Position numbers and translations under genes: made by a program. Below, one piece after another: positions 11,096-20,662 of a DNA stretch of 64,000 nt (its first letter is position 1; each line of letters begins with the position of its first letter). Under the pieces are notes generated by a model, which made no database searches, was not told the origin of the DNA, and worked only from the letters and a program-made list of their open reading frames with translations. This DNA is from Roseiarcus sp. (lineage in GTDB: Bacteria > Pseudomonadota > Alphaproteobacteria > Rhizobiales > Beijerinckiaceae), in assembly GCA_050013275.1 (NCBI GenBank), contig JBEKFO010000001.1, positions 1,792 to 65,791 on the forward strand, written 5' to 3'.

Positions 11096-11382
11096 TTTGA
11101 CCTTTCCGCCGCGCAATGAGCGCGCGATGAGCCCGCGTGAGCGGTTTTCGCAGAAATGTCCGCGAAGTGAACGGGTCTTCCGCGATGCGAGCGGTGAACC
11201 CGGCAAAAGTGCTTTTCCCGACCGCGGCGGCGCGCCGGATCGTCGGCGTCAAAGCCGGTTCTCACGATGAAGAGTACGGGCGTCGGCGGCGATGGGAGTA
11301 CGGATTCTTTCCCATCGCAAGCGTGCGGCGCGCCGGCTTGGCGCGTCGCCCCATATTCCGCATCCCAAAGTTTATCGGGCGG

Positions 11383-13014
11383 TCAATAATCCATCCCGCC
11401 CATGCCGCCTCCGGGCATCGCCGGAGCGTCCTTCTTCGGTCTTTCCGCGACCATCGCCTCGGTCGTGATCATCAGCCCGGCGATCGAAGCCGCGTCTTGC
11501 AGCGCGATCCGCACGACCTTGGCGGGATCGAGAATGCCGGCGCTGAGCATGTCGACATAGCGCTCGCTCTGGGCGTCGAAGCCGTAGGTCTGCGATTTCT
11601 CGCTCAGGATCCTTCCCACCACAATCGAGCCCTCGACGCCCGAATTCTCGACGATCTGACGGATCGGCGCTTCGAGCGCCCTGAGAACGATGTTGATGCC
11701 GGATTGCACGTCGGCGTTTTCATCGCTGAGCTTGCCGACCGAGGCCTTGGCGCGCAGCAGCGCGACGCCGCCGCCGGGTACGACGCCCTCCGCGACCGCG
11801 GCCTTGGTGGCGTTGACCGCATCGTCGACGCGATCCTTCTTTTCCTTGACCTCGACCTCGGTGGAACCGCCGACTCGGATGATCGCGACGCCGCCCGACA
11901 ACTTCGCCAAACGTTCCTGGAGCTTCTCCTTGTCGTAGTCCGAGGTCGTCTCCTCGATCAGCGACTTGATCTGAGCGACGCGCGCCTCGATGTCCGACTT
12001 CTTGCCGGCGCCGTCGATGATCGTCGTGGCGTCCTTGTCGATGCGGACACGCTTGGCGCGCCCCAACATGTCGAGCGTGACCTTCTCCAACTTGACGCCC
12101 AAATCCTCGGCGATCAGGCCGCCCGAACTCAGAATCGCGATGTCCTCAAGCATGGCCTTGCGCCGGTCGCCGAACCCCGGGGCCTTGACCGCCGCGACTT
12201 TGAGGCCGCCGCGCAGTTTGTTGACGACCAGCGTCGCCAACGCCTCGCCGTCGATATCTTCGGCAATGATGAGCAGCGGCTTTCCAGCTTGAACGACCGC
12301 CTCGAGGAGCGGCAGCATCGTCTGCAGTGAGGAGAGCTTCTTCTCGTGAATGAGGATGTACGGATCCTCCAGCTCCACGATCATTTTTTCGGCGTTGGTG
12401 ATGAAGTAAGGCGAGAGATAGCCGCGATCGAACTGCATGCCCTCGACGATGTCGAGTTCGGTTTCGGCGGTCTTGGCTTCCTCGATTGTGATGACGCCCT
12501 CGGCGCCGACTTTCTTCATCGCCTTGGCGATCATATCGCCGATCGACTTGTCGCCATTGGCCGCGATCGTGCCGACTTGAGCGATCTCTTCCGAGGACTG
12601 CACCTTCTTGGCGCGGCGCTCGATGTCTTTGACCACCGCCGTCACCGCGACGTCGATGCCCCGCTTCAGGTCCATCGGGTTCATGCCGGCGGCGACGAGC
12701 TTGAGGCCCTCGCGCATGATCGACGCGGCCAGAACAGTCGCCGTCGTGGTGCCGTCGCCGGCGAGATCATTGGTCTTCGAGGCGACTTCGCGCACCATCT
12801 GCGCGCCCATGTTCTCGAATTTGTCGGCGAGCTCGATTTCCTTGGCGACGGCGACGCCGTCCTTGGTGATATGCGGCGCGCCGTAGGACTTGTCGAGAAT
12901 GACGTTGCGGCCCTTGGGGCCGAGAGTCACCTTGACCGCGTTATTGAGAATTTCGACGCCACGCAGCATGCGCTCGCGAGCATCGGTGGAATATCTTACG
13001 TCTTTGGCGGACAT
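11383..13014 (-). CDS. groEL: Chaperonin GroEL
   Basis: [39 protein letters not shown] and GGM tail; alternative start at 13023. Confidence 0.99.
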   Translation of the reverse strand: MSAKDVRYSTDARERMLRGVEILNNAVKVTLGPKGRNVILDKSYGAPHITKDGVAVAKEIELADKFENMGAQMVREVASKTNDLAGDGTTTATVLAASIMREGLKLVAAGMNPMDLKRGIDVAVTAVVKDIERRAKKVQSSEEIAQVGTIAANGDKSIGDMIAKAMKKVGAEGVITIEEAKTAETELDIVEGMQFDRGYLSPYFITNAEKMIVELEDPYILIHEKKLSSLQTMLPLLEAVVQAGKPLLIIAEDIDGEALATLVVNKLRGGLKVAAVKAPGFGDRRKAMLEDIAILSSGGLIAEDLGVKLEKVTLDMLGRAKRVRIDKDATTIIDGAGKKSDIEARVAQIKSLIEETTSDYDKEKLQERLAKLSGGVAIIRVGGSTEVEVKEKKDRVDDAVNATKAAVAEGVVPGGGVALLRAKASVGKLSDENADVQSGINIVLRALEAPIRQIVENSGVEGSIVVGRILSEKSQTYGFDAQSERYVDMLSAGILDPAKVVRIALQDAASIAGLMITTEAMVAERPKKDAPAMPGGGMGGMDY

Positions 13015-13053
13015 CGTTTTCATTCCAATCGTTGAGAAGCGGGCGTGAGTCGT

Positions 13054-13368
13054 TCAGGCGGCCTTCTTGGCCGCATGCGTGCGTTCGATCACCCCCAGAA
13101 TGTCGGACTCTTTCATGATCAGGAGATCTTCGCCGTCGATCTTGACTTCGGAGCCGGACCATTTGCCGAACAGCACGCGATCGCCCGCTTTGACTTCGGG
13201 CGCAATGAGCTTGCCGCTTTCGTCCCGCGCGCCGGGCCCAACGGCGATGACTTCGCCTTCTCCAGGCTTCTCCTTGACGGTGTCGGGAATGAGTATTCCG
13301 CCCTTCGTCTTGTCCTCGCCCTCAATGCGGCGGATCACGACGCGGTCGTGCAGCGGACGAAATTTCAT
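13054..13368 (-). CDS. groES: Co-chaperonin GroES
   Basis: [11 protein letters not shown]...[15 protein letters not shown]...[10 protein letters not shown]; ATG at 13368. Confidence 0.99.
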   Translation of the reverse strand: MKFRPLHDRVVIRRIEGEDKTKGGILIPDTVKEKPGEGEVIAVGPGARDESGKLIAPEVKAGDRVLFGKWSGSEVKIDGEDLLIMKESDILGVIERTHAAKKAA

Positions 13369-13460
13369 GGGGCTCGTTTCCGGTCGACGTGCAAAGCCGG
13401 CTCGAGGCAAGATGTCTCGGCTCTCGGCAAGAGTCTGACGCGTCGTGTAGATGGCTATCG

Positions 13461-13487
13461 TTGGCACTCGTTACAAGAGAGTGCCAA
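13461..13487. promoter_or_regulatory. CIRCE element (HrcA operator)
   Basis: Perfect inverted repeat TTGGCACTC-N9-GAGTGCCAA (consensus TTAGCACTC-N9-GAGTGCTAA), ~90 bp upstream of groES. Confidence 0.93.
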
Positions 13488-13513
13488 CCCGCATTCGTGA
13501 TGGGCGCTCGCCG

Positions 13514-13774
13514 TCAGCGCGTGCGATCGGCGCCGCCCGCTTCACTGAAGATCGCGGCTCGTTCTGTCGCTGGCGAGCTAACGGCGACGATTTCGTATTC
13601 CTTCGCGCTGCGCTCGAAGGGCTCGGCCTTGCTCTTGATGCGGTACGCCCGCGACCGGACGTCTTCCGCCGGCAGCACGCGCGTCACCTCATAGGGACCC
13701 CTGGGTCTCGGCAATGGCGTGACTTTTGTGTCGAAGTCCACGATTTGCCCGATCGCGAATTTATGCCGGGTCAT
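13514..13774 (-). CDS. Small conserved hypothetical protein typically found downstream of rhizobial cspA
   Basis: 86 aa; HKFAIGQIV...YEVTRVLP...YRIKSKAEPFERSAKEYEI pattern; co-oriented just downstream of cspA. Confidence 0.8.
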   Translation of the reverse strand: MTRHKFAIGQIVDFDTKVTPLPRPRGPYEVTRVLPAEDVRSRAYRIKSKAEPFERSAKEYEIVAVSSPATERAAIFSEAGGADRTR

Positions 13775-13805
13775 GACTTGGCGCCTCGCTCAAGAAGAAA
13801 ACATG

Positions 13806-13835
13806 AAAAAAGGGCCAGGAGCGATCCTGACCCTT
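13806..13835 (-). terminator. Intrinsic terminator downstream of cspA
   Basis: Minus strand reads AAGGGTCAGGA-TCGC-TCCTGGCCC-TTTTTT: a GC-rich stem with one G-U pair, 4-nt loop and U6 tail. Confidence 0.8.
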
Positions 13836-13920
13836 CCCATCGCCGGACGAGCGGCGCAGATCCATCGCCGCCAGCGCCGGTACATCCGCGGTCGCCAGTC
13901 AGCATGATCCCTAGCCTCGT

Positions 13921-14130
13921 TCAAACGGCTTGGAGCTTATCCGCGGACATTTTGCCCGAGCGCGTGTCGGTGACCAGTTCGAAACTGATCTTCTGACCTT
14001 CGCGCAAGTCGCTCATGCCCGCCCGTTCGATCGCGCTGACATGAACGAAGGCGTCCTTGCCGCCGTCATCCGGCTGAATGAAGCCGAAGCCTTTTTGAGA
14101 ATTGTACCACTTCACCGTGCCTATAGCCAT
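13921..14130 (-). CDS. cspA: Cold-shock protein (CspA family)
   Basis: 69 aa; GTVKWYN, RNP1 KGFGFI, RNP2 AFVHVS. Confidence 0.98.
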   Translation of the reverse strand: MAIGTVKWYNSQKGFGFIQPDDGGKDAFVHVSAIERAGMSDLREGQKISFELVTDTRSGKMSADKLQAV

Positions 14131-14274
14131 GACGCCCCTCTTGGATGCCAGTATAACAACGCGACTTCGCGACGCGAAATCATCGTCAATTTTCGATTTC
14201 TGGGGGGAAGAGCGTCGCCCTGAGCCGATTGAATCGCTCGAGGCAAAGATGGTCCGGCCGAATTTCGAGCCGCT

Positions 14275-14303
14275 TATCTAGGAGCCCGACCGCACTATTT
14301 CAA
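14275..14303 (-). promoter_or_regulatory. Putative sigma70 promoter of cspA
   Basis: Minus strand TTGAAA-N17-TAGATA; implies a ~140-nt 5' leader, as is usual for cspA. Confidence 0.6.
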
Positions 14304-14664
14304 GACCTACGTTCACTCGCGAACCTGCAATCAGGTCGGCCTACGGTCGAATTCGCCCCGGCAAGCCGGCGCGCGCATCCGATCAATGCGTTCGCGGGCC
14401 CCGATATTCCTTCTGACCGCTTGGTCTGGCGCCGAATTTTCAACCGGCGGCGATCAGGGTCGGGGCGGGATCAAGCTGTGCGCCAGTGGTCCCGTTTCGA
14501 TCGGCATTTGCACCGCGCGAGATGATCCAATCGCTCGATTCTAATGAAGGGAGTGATTCGCGCGGTACGGACGCGAGGCGAGCAGCGCCTTCTCCGCGGC
14601 CTTAGACTGCTGGCTGATCGTTCGCCGACGCGGCTGTCGGTTGGATCGCGCCACCGCCGCGCTG

Positions 14665-15615
14665 TCACGACCGGGCGTTCTGCGGATGGTCGACGACTTT
14701 GAGAATCGTCGGCTTGAAAGCGAGATAGCGTTTCCAGTCGAACAGGCCGACCGCGCCCTCCTCCAAAGATCCGTGCACGAGACAGCGCACCCCTTGCGCG
14801 CAGGGGTCGCGGCGCGCAAGGAGCCACTCCATGACGTCGAACATCAACATTTTCGTCACGCCGTCGGTCAAGGCCGCGCCGTGGCCGATGAAGCTTTGCA
14901 CCCAGACGAGGTCGCCGGCGCGCACGAGCATGGCGAAGGCCGCCAGCCGTTCGTCCGACCCGTCGGCTTGGAACGCCCCCCAGTTCAATCGCCAATGCCT
15001 GGGACACTCCGGCCAAGGCGCCGGCGCTTTTGAATCGACGAGATCCGAGCGAGGGCCGGCGATCGCCGCCCAGACTAAGACCCCCTTCGAACGCCGTGAC
15101 TTTGAACCTGTGAGCTCATAGAGGCTCCGCTCGTACGAATGCGTGCCTACAAACCGCGATGTGTAACCCAACCGGCGCGCCTTGTTGGCGGAGCGATGAT
15201 ATTTTCCTTGCGTGAGCGTCGAGACGCGCTTGCGCCAAGACGCAAAGTCCGGAAATTGCTCGAGGTCGATCGTCATAGCGGTCGGCGTCAGCGCCCGTGC
15301 GGTCGGTTTTCCGGCGCGGGCGAAGGCTTTGACCGCGCCCCAGCTCAGCGGCACGAAATGCGCGCCGTGCGGGCAAGGGCAATCGGGCACAAGGCGCAGT
15401 TCGGCGATCGAAAGAGCCGATCGCCGCGCGAGGCCGAACTTGCGCAATCGCGACTTTCTCAAGGCGTGCAGGGGCCAGAGGAACATCCTCCTGGCGAGCA
15501 ACTTCGCCTTGTGCGCCGCCCTGCCCAGCGTCGGCACGCTCGACAGCCGGGCGAGGATGGAATCTCCCATGCGGCTCGACCTCAATTCGCGGTTCCGGAA
15601 CTCGGCGATATTCAT
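14665..15615 (-). CDS. Hypothetical protein, probable GNAT/FemAB-like acyltransferase fold
   Basis: 316-aa ORF with HRSANKARRLGY, LAAFAMLVRAGD, FIGHGAAL..GV.KMLMF and GLFDWKRYLAF, resembling Acetyltransf_6-like proteins. True start may be 15570. Confidence 0.55.
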   Translation of the reverse strand: MNIAEFRNRELRSSRMGDSILARLSSVPTLGRAAHKAKLLARRMFLWPLHALRKSRLRKFGLARRSALSIAELRLVPDCPCPHGAHFVPLSWGAVKAFARAGKPTARALTPTAMTIDLEQFPDFASWRKRVSTLTQGKYHRSANKARRLGYTSRFVGTHSYERSLYELTGSKSRRSKGVLVWAAIAGPRSDLVDSKAPAPWPECPRHWRLNWGAFQADGSDERLAAFAMLVRAGDLVWVQSFIGHGAALTDGVTKMLMFDVMEWLLARRDPCAQGVRCLVHGSLEEGAVGLFDWKRYLAFKPTILKVVDHPQNARS

Positions 15616-15862
15616 ACGATGTCACGATCCTCGAGCAAGCGCCCGCATGTTTTCGAGCGGAGATTGTCTGCGCGAGGATCGAAGGGGTTGAAACGGCGCG
15701 CGAAAGCGCGCTCGGCGGCGAGCCCCAGCCACGAAATCGCGCTTGCAACGCTTGCTCTCGTCGGCGCATAAACTCGGCAGCGCGGGGACTGTTTGAGGCC
15801 GGACGACGGATCGTCGACCGCCAGGCGGTTGCAGACCGGGGCGCGGCAAATGGGGGCCGGCT

Positions 15863-17887
15863 TTGAAGGGGATCGCGTTGTCGCTTGTTGACGGCGTGGT
15901 CGTAGAAGAGGGCCGCTTCGTGGCGTCGAGCCCCCACCCGTGGCTCAAGCTCGACGTCGATGCCTTAGCGATAGCGGATCAGTGGATTCGAATGACCTAC
16001 GCGTCTGGCTTGCTTGAGCCGCTGGCGCGGCCGGTGCTTCGGTGCGTTTCCGCGGACGCGCATTATGATCAAGTCATGCCGGCCGCTCTCTTTGGACGAG
16101 CGTTCTGGCTCGGCCGCATTCCGAAAGGGAGCACAGAAATTTGGATCTCGCCGACCAACCGGTGCGGCGCTTTTTCATTTCGAGTTGAAGAACTGGAAAC
16201 TGTAGGTCGTGTCGCGCTGCTTTGGCGGCTTTTCCGCGAAAGTCCATGGCGCGCTGCAAAATGCGTCGCAGCGCGCATCTTTGGACATCGCGAACTTGCC
16301 CGCCTTCATCTCCGCAGGGCTTTGTGCGCAACGCGGCTCAATCGCTACGACGCGTGGCGCAAGGCGCGACTGCGCCCTTTTGAACCCGCCACGTTCGACC
16401 GATGCGAAGGCCGCGCGATTCGCCAGCCTCATTTCCGCATTCTCGCGCAGAGGGATCGCGAAGCGCCGGAGGGCCTGAATTCCCTGCTCTCGCAGTTGTC
16501 CGCGCAGCCCTACCCCAATTGGACGCTTGGCGTCGTCGGCGCTCCGGCCCGGGGCGAAGAATCGGCCGCGGACGAAAGGCTGATGTTCGTCGACGCGCAT
16601 GCGCCGCTCGGCGACGCGATCGCGCGGCTGGATGACGACGATTTTGTAATCCAATTGACTTCTGGCGATCTTCTGTCGGCTCTCGCGCTCGAAGCGCTGG
16701 CGGGCGCAATCGCTCGAGACGGCGACGCCGACGCTTTTTATGGCGATGAGGACCGTGTGGACGGCCATGGAGTCCATTGTTCGCCAAGGCTCAAGCCGGA
16801 CTGGAGTCCGAGGCTTTGTGAATCGACGCCGTATTTGGATTCCGCGATCGCAGTCAAGGCGAAGGTGATCAAGGGGCTGGGGAGCGTCGGCGCGATGTCG
16901 CGCGCCGGCGACATTGCAAACCTCGGGGCCAAGTTGGATCCCAGCGCCAGCAAGGTCCGCCACATTCGTCGCATTCTGCTGACGCGTCGATCTACGCGGC
17001 AAGACCAGCGCGGACCTTCTCGATTCGAACGCCGCACTTTGCTCGACTCCGGGCGCGTCTCGTCGATGGACCGGCTAGCGACGATCATTGTCCCGACGCG
17101 CGATCGGCTGGACCTTTTGGAGGCCTGCGTCGAAAGCGTGACAACGCATGCGCGCGCGGAAAGCGTCGAGATCCTCGTTGTCGACAACGGCAGTGTCGAG
17201 GCGCGGACCAAAGCCTATCTCGCGAAGCTCGCGAAAGAAAGAAACTGCCGTGTCCTGCCGCTGCCCGGCCCGTTCAACTATTCTCAGCTGTGCAACAGCG
17301 CCGCGACAAAAGCGCGCACGCCATTTCTCGTGTTTCTCAACAATGACGTCGAAATTGTCGAGGCGTCTTGGCTGGAACGCTTGCTGGTCTTTGCCGGCCG
17401 GCCCGACATCGGCGCCGTGGGTGCGAAACTCCTCTATCCCAACGGACGCATCCAACATGCGGGCATCGTCGTCGGGATCGACGGGCTCGCCGGCCATTTT
17501 CAACGCGGCCTCGCGGCTTCATCTTCCGGATATTTCGGCCGATTGCGTTCTCCGCACGAAGTCAGCGCGGTGACGGCGGCCTGCCTAGCAATTGAAAGCA
17601 AAAAGTTTTTCGCTGTGGGCGGCTTCGACGAACGCAATCTCCCGGTCGATCTTTGCGACGTCGACCTTTGTCAGCGATTGACGGAGCGCGGGTGGCGCAC
17701 GGTATGCGAACCCACGGTGCGACTGGTCCACCGCGAGTCCGCCACACGCGGCGCGAACGTTCGGCTTGACGATCGTTACAAGGCGCAACACGATTATTTT
17801 CGGGCGCGCTGGAGCGATGCTATTCGCGACGATCCCTATTTCCATCCGGCGCTTTCGCTGGATACGCTCTCTCCGGCTCTTGGTTGA
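15863..17887 (+). CDS. GT2 glycosyltransferase (degenerate GT2-like domain plus intact C-terminal GT2)
   Basis: FYGDED...PRLKPDWSP; IIVPTRD, VVDNGS, FNYS, FLNNDVE, VGAKLLYP, SAVTAACL, GGFDE, HRESATRG. Confidence 0.92.
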   Translation: MKGIALSLVDGVVVEEGRFVASSPHPWLKLDVDALAIADQWIRMTYASGLLEPLARPVLRCVSADAHYDQVMPAALFGRAFWLGRIPKGSTEIWISPTNRCGAFSFRVEELETVGRVALLWRLFRESPWRAAKCVAARIFGHRELARLHLRRALCATRLNRYDAWRKARLRPFEPATFDRCEGRAIRQPHFRILAQRDREAPEGLNSLLSQLSAQPYPNWTLGVVGAPARGEESAADERLMFVDAHAPLGDAIARLDDDDFVIQLTSGDLLSALALEALAGAIARDGDADAFYGDEDRVDGHGVHCSPRLKPDWSPRLCESTPYLDSAIAVKAKVIKGLGSVGAMSRAGDIANLGAKLDPSASKVRHIRRILLTRRSTRQDQRGPSRFERRTLLDSGRVSSMDRLATIIVPTRDRLDLLEACVESVTTHARAESVEILVVDNGSVEARTKAYLAKLAKERNCRVLPLPGPFNYSQLCNSAATKARTPFLVFLNNDVEIVEASWLERLLVFAGRPDIGAVGAKLLYPNGRIQHAGIVVGIDGLAGHFQRGLAASSSGYFGRLRSPHEVSAVTAACLAIESKKFFAVGGFDERNLPVDLCDVDLCQRLTERGWRTVCEPTVRLVHRESATRGANVRLDDRYKAQHDYFRARWSDAIRDDPYFHPALSLDTLSPALG

Positions 17888-18013
17888 GGATGCGAGGCCG
17901 TTCGCGCTTATCCGTCTGGGGATGTCGAAGTCGCGCGTCGAGACACGGGCAAATAGGCGAACGCGATGGCCAGAGCGGTTTCGAGCCGGTTGAAGACGGG
18001 AAACGATAAGAAA

Positions 18014-20506
18014 ATGACCGACGTCGTCTTGGTTCTGGGGATGCACCGCAGCGGCACGAGCTCGGTCGCCGGCGCCCTGACGAAACTCGGCGGCGGCATG
18101 CCCAAGCACTTGATGGCGGCGGACCAAGGCAATGCTCGGGGCTATTTCGAGTCCGTCGCCTTCATGCGCTTTCATGATGAACTGCTGGAGTCGGCAGGCT
18201 CGAACTGGCGCGATTGGCGATTGTTCAATCCCGAATGGCGCCAATCGCCAGTCGCGGCGGATTTTCGCCGGCGCGCCAAGGAGCTTTTCGCGGAGGAATT
18301 CAACGGATCGGCGCTGCCGGTTCTCAAGGACCCGCGAACTTGCCGTTTTGCGCCATTCTGGCTCGACGTCCTGCGCGATATCGAGGCGAAGCCCCACATC
18401 GTGATGCCGATCCGCTCGCCTTTGGACGTCGCCCAATCGCTCAAGACCGTGCACGGACTTTCGCTGACCCATGGATTGCTGCTTTGGCTGCGGCACGTTC
18501 TCGACGCGGAGTCGCACAGCCGGTCGGTGGCTCGATCGATTTTCGCCTGGAAGGACTTTCGCTCGGATTGGCGCGGAACCTGCGACAAGATCGCCGCCGA
18601 AACGCATCTCTCCTGGCCGCGTCTGTCCGATCGGGCGGCGCGCGAAATCGACCGCTTTCTAACGAAGGAATTGGTCCACCACGACACCGACGACGCTGCG
18701 CTCGTCGCGCACGCCGACGTGCACGAATGGGCGGTGCGCGCCTACGAGGCGCTGCTGGAATTGGCGCGCAGTCCCCTTTCCAATTCCGCCCTGGCGACGC
18801 TCGACGACGTTCGTATGCTGCTCGATCAGTCGAGCAAGATCTTCGGCCGCCTTCTCATCGACAACGAGGTCGACTTGGAAGATGCGCGCGGCCAGGCGCA
18901 AGCGGCGATCGGCGAACGGGACGGGCTGCGCGCCCGCCAAATCGTGGAGTTGGCGGGAAAGGCGGCGGCTTTGGCCGCGCTCGCCGCGCGCGCAGAACAG
19001 GCGGAGAAGGCGCGCCAGGAGGCCGCGCGGGAGAAGGACGCGCTGGCGCAAAGTCTCGCCGCCGCCCTCGCCGAGCGCGAGGCGCTGCAGCAGTCGCGCG
19101 CAGGCGTCGCGGCGGAGCTGCAAGCGCGGCGGCAGGAATTGGCGGCGAAGGCGGCGGCTTTGGCCGAGCTCGCCGCGCGCGCGGAACGGGCAGAGAAGGC
19201 GCACGAGGAGGCCGCGCGGGAGAAGGAGGCGCTGGCGCAGAGCCTCGCCGCCGCCCTCGCCGAGCGCGACGCGCTGCAGGCGGCGCACTTCGCCGTCGCC
19301 GCGGAATTGGACGCGCGGCGGCGGGACCTGGACGAATTCGCCGCGCTGTCCGAGGAGATCGAGGCGGCGCTCGAGGAGGCGGCGCGGGACAAGGAGGGGC
19401 TTTCGCAGACCCTCGCCGCCGCCGTCGCCGAGCGCGAGGCGCTGAGCGCGGCGCACGCGGGCGTCGCCGCCGAGTTGCAAGCGCGACGGCGGGAACTGGA
19501 GGAGAAGACGGCGGTCGCCGCCGAGCAGACCGCCCGCGCGCAGGCCGCGGAGAGGGCGCGCGAGGCGGCCGCGCGAGAAAAGGACGCGCTGGCGCAAAGT
19601 CTCGCCGCCGCCCTCGCCGAGCGCGAGGCGCTGAGCGCGGCGCATGCGGGCGTCGCCGCCGAGTTGCAAGCGCGACGGCAAGAGCTGGCGGAAACGACGG
19701 CGATCGCGGCCGAGCAGACCGCCCGCGCGCGGCGAGCGGAGGCGGCCCGCGACGAAACGGCGGCGGCGAGTGAGGCGCTGTCGCGAAGCCTCGCCGCTTC
19801 GTTCGCGGAGCGCGACGCGCTCGATTCCGCCAATTCCCGGATCGTCGCCGAGCTGGAAGCGCGCCGCCAGGAATTGGCCGACAAGGCGGCGGCCGCGGCG
19901 GCATTCGCCGTGCGCGCCGACGCGGCCGAGGCCGCCCACGCCAGGGCGCTCGCCGAAGCGCAAAGCGTCCATCAGGCGCGGATTCGCGCGCTGCGCGCCG
20001 AACTCGTCGACGCCGAAGCGGCGCTCGCGCGCGCCAAGGCGACGGGCGCGCGCCGAGGCGTCGGCGCCTGGCTGATGCCGGCGAGCGCGAGCCGCCGCCG
20101 GCTCGCCAAGCGGCTGTTGCGCAGCGGCCTGTTCGACGCCGAATTCTATCGCGCGCACTATCCGGCCGCGCCGCCCGCGCCGCCGCCGGACGGCGCCAAG
20201 GCCGATCTCGCCGCGGCGGAGCATTATCTCGAAGAGGGGTTTTGCCGCGGCTATCGCGCCAATCCGCTGTTCGACACCCGCTGGTACCTGGAACGCTACG
20301 AGGACGTGCGCCGCTCGGGTCTCAACCCGCTGCTGCACTATTGGCTCCACGGCTGGCGCGAGGGGCGCGACCCCGGCCCCGGCTTCCAGAGCGAGTATTA
20401 CCTCGAAGCCAACCCGGACGTCCGCGCCGCCGGCGTCAATCCGCTGGCGCATTACCTGCGCCACGGCCGGCACGAAGGCCGGCCGGCCGTGCGGCCGCCC
20501 GGGTGA
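18014..20506 (+). CDS. Sulfotransferase-family protein fused to a long coiled coil and three C-terminal FDxxWY..HY..GR repeats
   Basis: N-terminal VLVLGMHRSGTS (5'-phosphosulfate-binding loop), N.RGYFE, LKDPR, IRSP..VAQS; Ala/Glu/Arg heptad repeats; ORF open from 17966. Confidence 0.85.
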   Translation: MTDVVLVLGMHRSGTSSVAGALTKLGGGMPKHLMAADQGNARGYFESVAFMRFHDELLESAGSNWRDWRLFNPEWRQSPVAADFRRRAKELFAEEFNGSALPVLKDPRTCRFAPFWLDVLRDIEAKPHIVMPIRSPLDVAQSLKTVHGLSLTHGLLLWLRHVLDAESHSRSVARSIFAWKDFRSDWRGTCDKIAAETHLSWPRLSDRAAREIDRFLTKELVHHDTDDAALVAHADVHEWAVRAYEALLELARSPLSNSALATLDDVRMLLDQSSKIFGRLLIDNEVDLEDARGQAQAAIGERDGLRARQIVELAGKAAALAALAARAEQAEKARQEAAREKDALAQSLAAALAEREALQQSRAGVAAELQARRQELAAKAAALAELAARAERAEKAHEEAAREKEALAQSLAAALAERDALQAAHFAVAAELDARRRDLDEFAALSEEIEAALEEAARDKEGLSQTLAAAVAEREALSAAHAGVAAELQARRRELEEKTAVAAEQTARAQAAERAREAAAREKDALAQSLAAALAEREALSAAHAGVAAELQARRQELAETTAIAAEQTARARRAEAARDETAAASEALSRSLAASFAERDALDSANSRIVAELEARRQELADKAAAAAAFAVRADAAEAAHARALAEAQSVHQARIRALRAELVDAEAALARAKATGARRGVGAWLMPASASRRRLAKRLLRSGLFDAEFYRAHYPAAPPAPPPDGAKADLAAAEHYLEEGFCRGYRANPLFDTRWYLERYEDVRRSGLNPLLHYWLHGWREGRDPGPGFQSEYYLEANPDVRAAGVNPLAHYLRHGRHEGRPAVRPPG
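18947..19870 (+). repeat. Coding tandem repeat with units of 189/189/168/189/189 bp (63/63/56/63/63 aa), followed by a partial sixth unit
   Basis: Units start at 18947, 19136, 19325, 19493, 19682 and 19871; core EAAREKDALAQSLAAALAEREAL...VAAELQARRQ. Confidence 0.92.
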
Positions 20507-20547
20507 GGCTTCGGGCCGGCGCCGATTTCCGCCGAGCGGGGAATTTC

Positions 20548-20572
20548 AACCGCTTGCGGGGCGGTTTTCTTC
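20548..20572 (+). terminator. Possible weak intrinsic terminator
   Basis: AACCGCTT-GCG-GGGCGGTT followed by TTCTT, 40 bp after the 20506 stop codon. Confidence 0.3.
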
Positions 20573-20662
20573 CGCGGCGCCGCGCCGATTGCGGGACCGC
20601 GCGGGTTGCGCTAGGGCTTGCAAAGCGGATGCGTTGTTCTTCCGCGAGCGTGGACGTTTGAG

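Noticed and set aside
11137-13035. Plus-strand ORFs opposite groEL
   Set aside because: Antisense open frames caused by codon bias in a highly expressed gene.
18214-20473. Several long alternative-frame and antisense ORFs over the coiled-coil gene
   Set aside because: Products of very high GC and repeats lacking stop codons; low-complexity translations.
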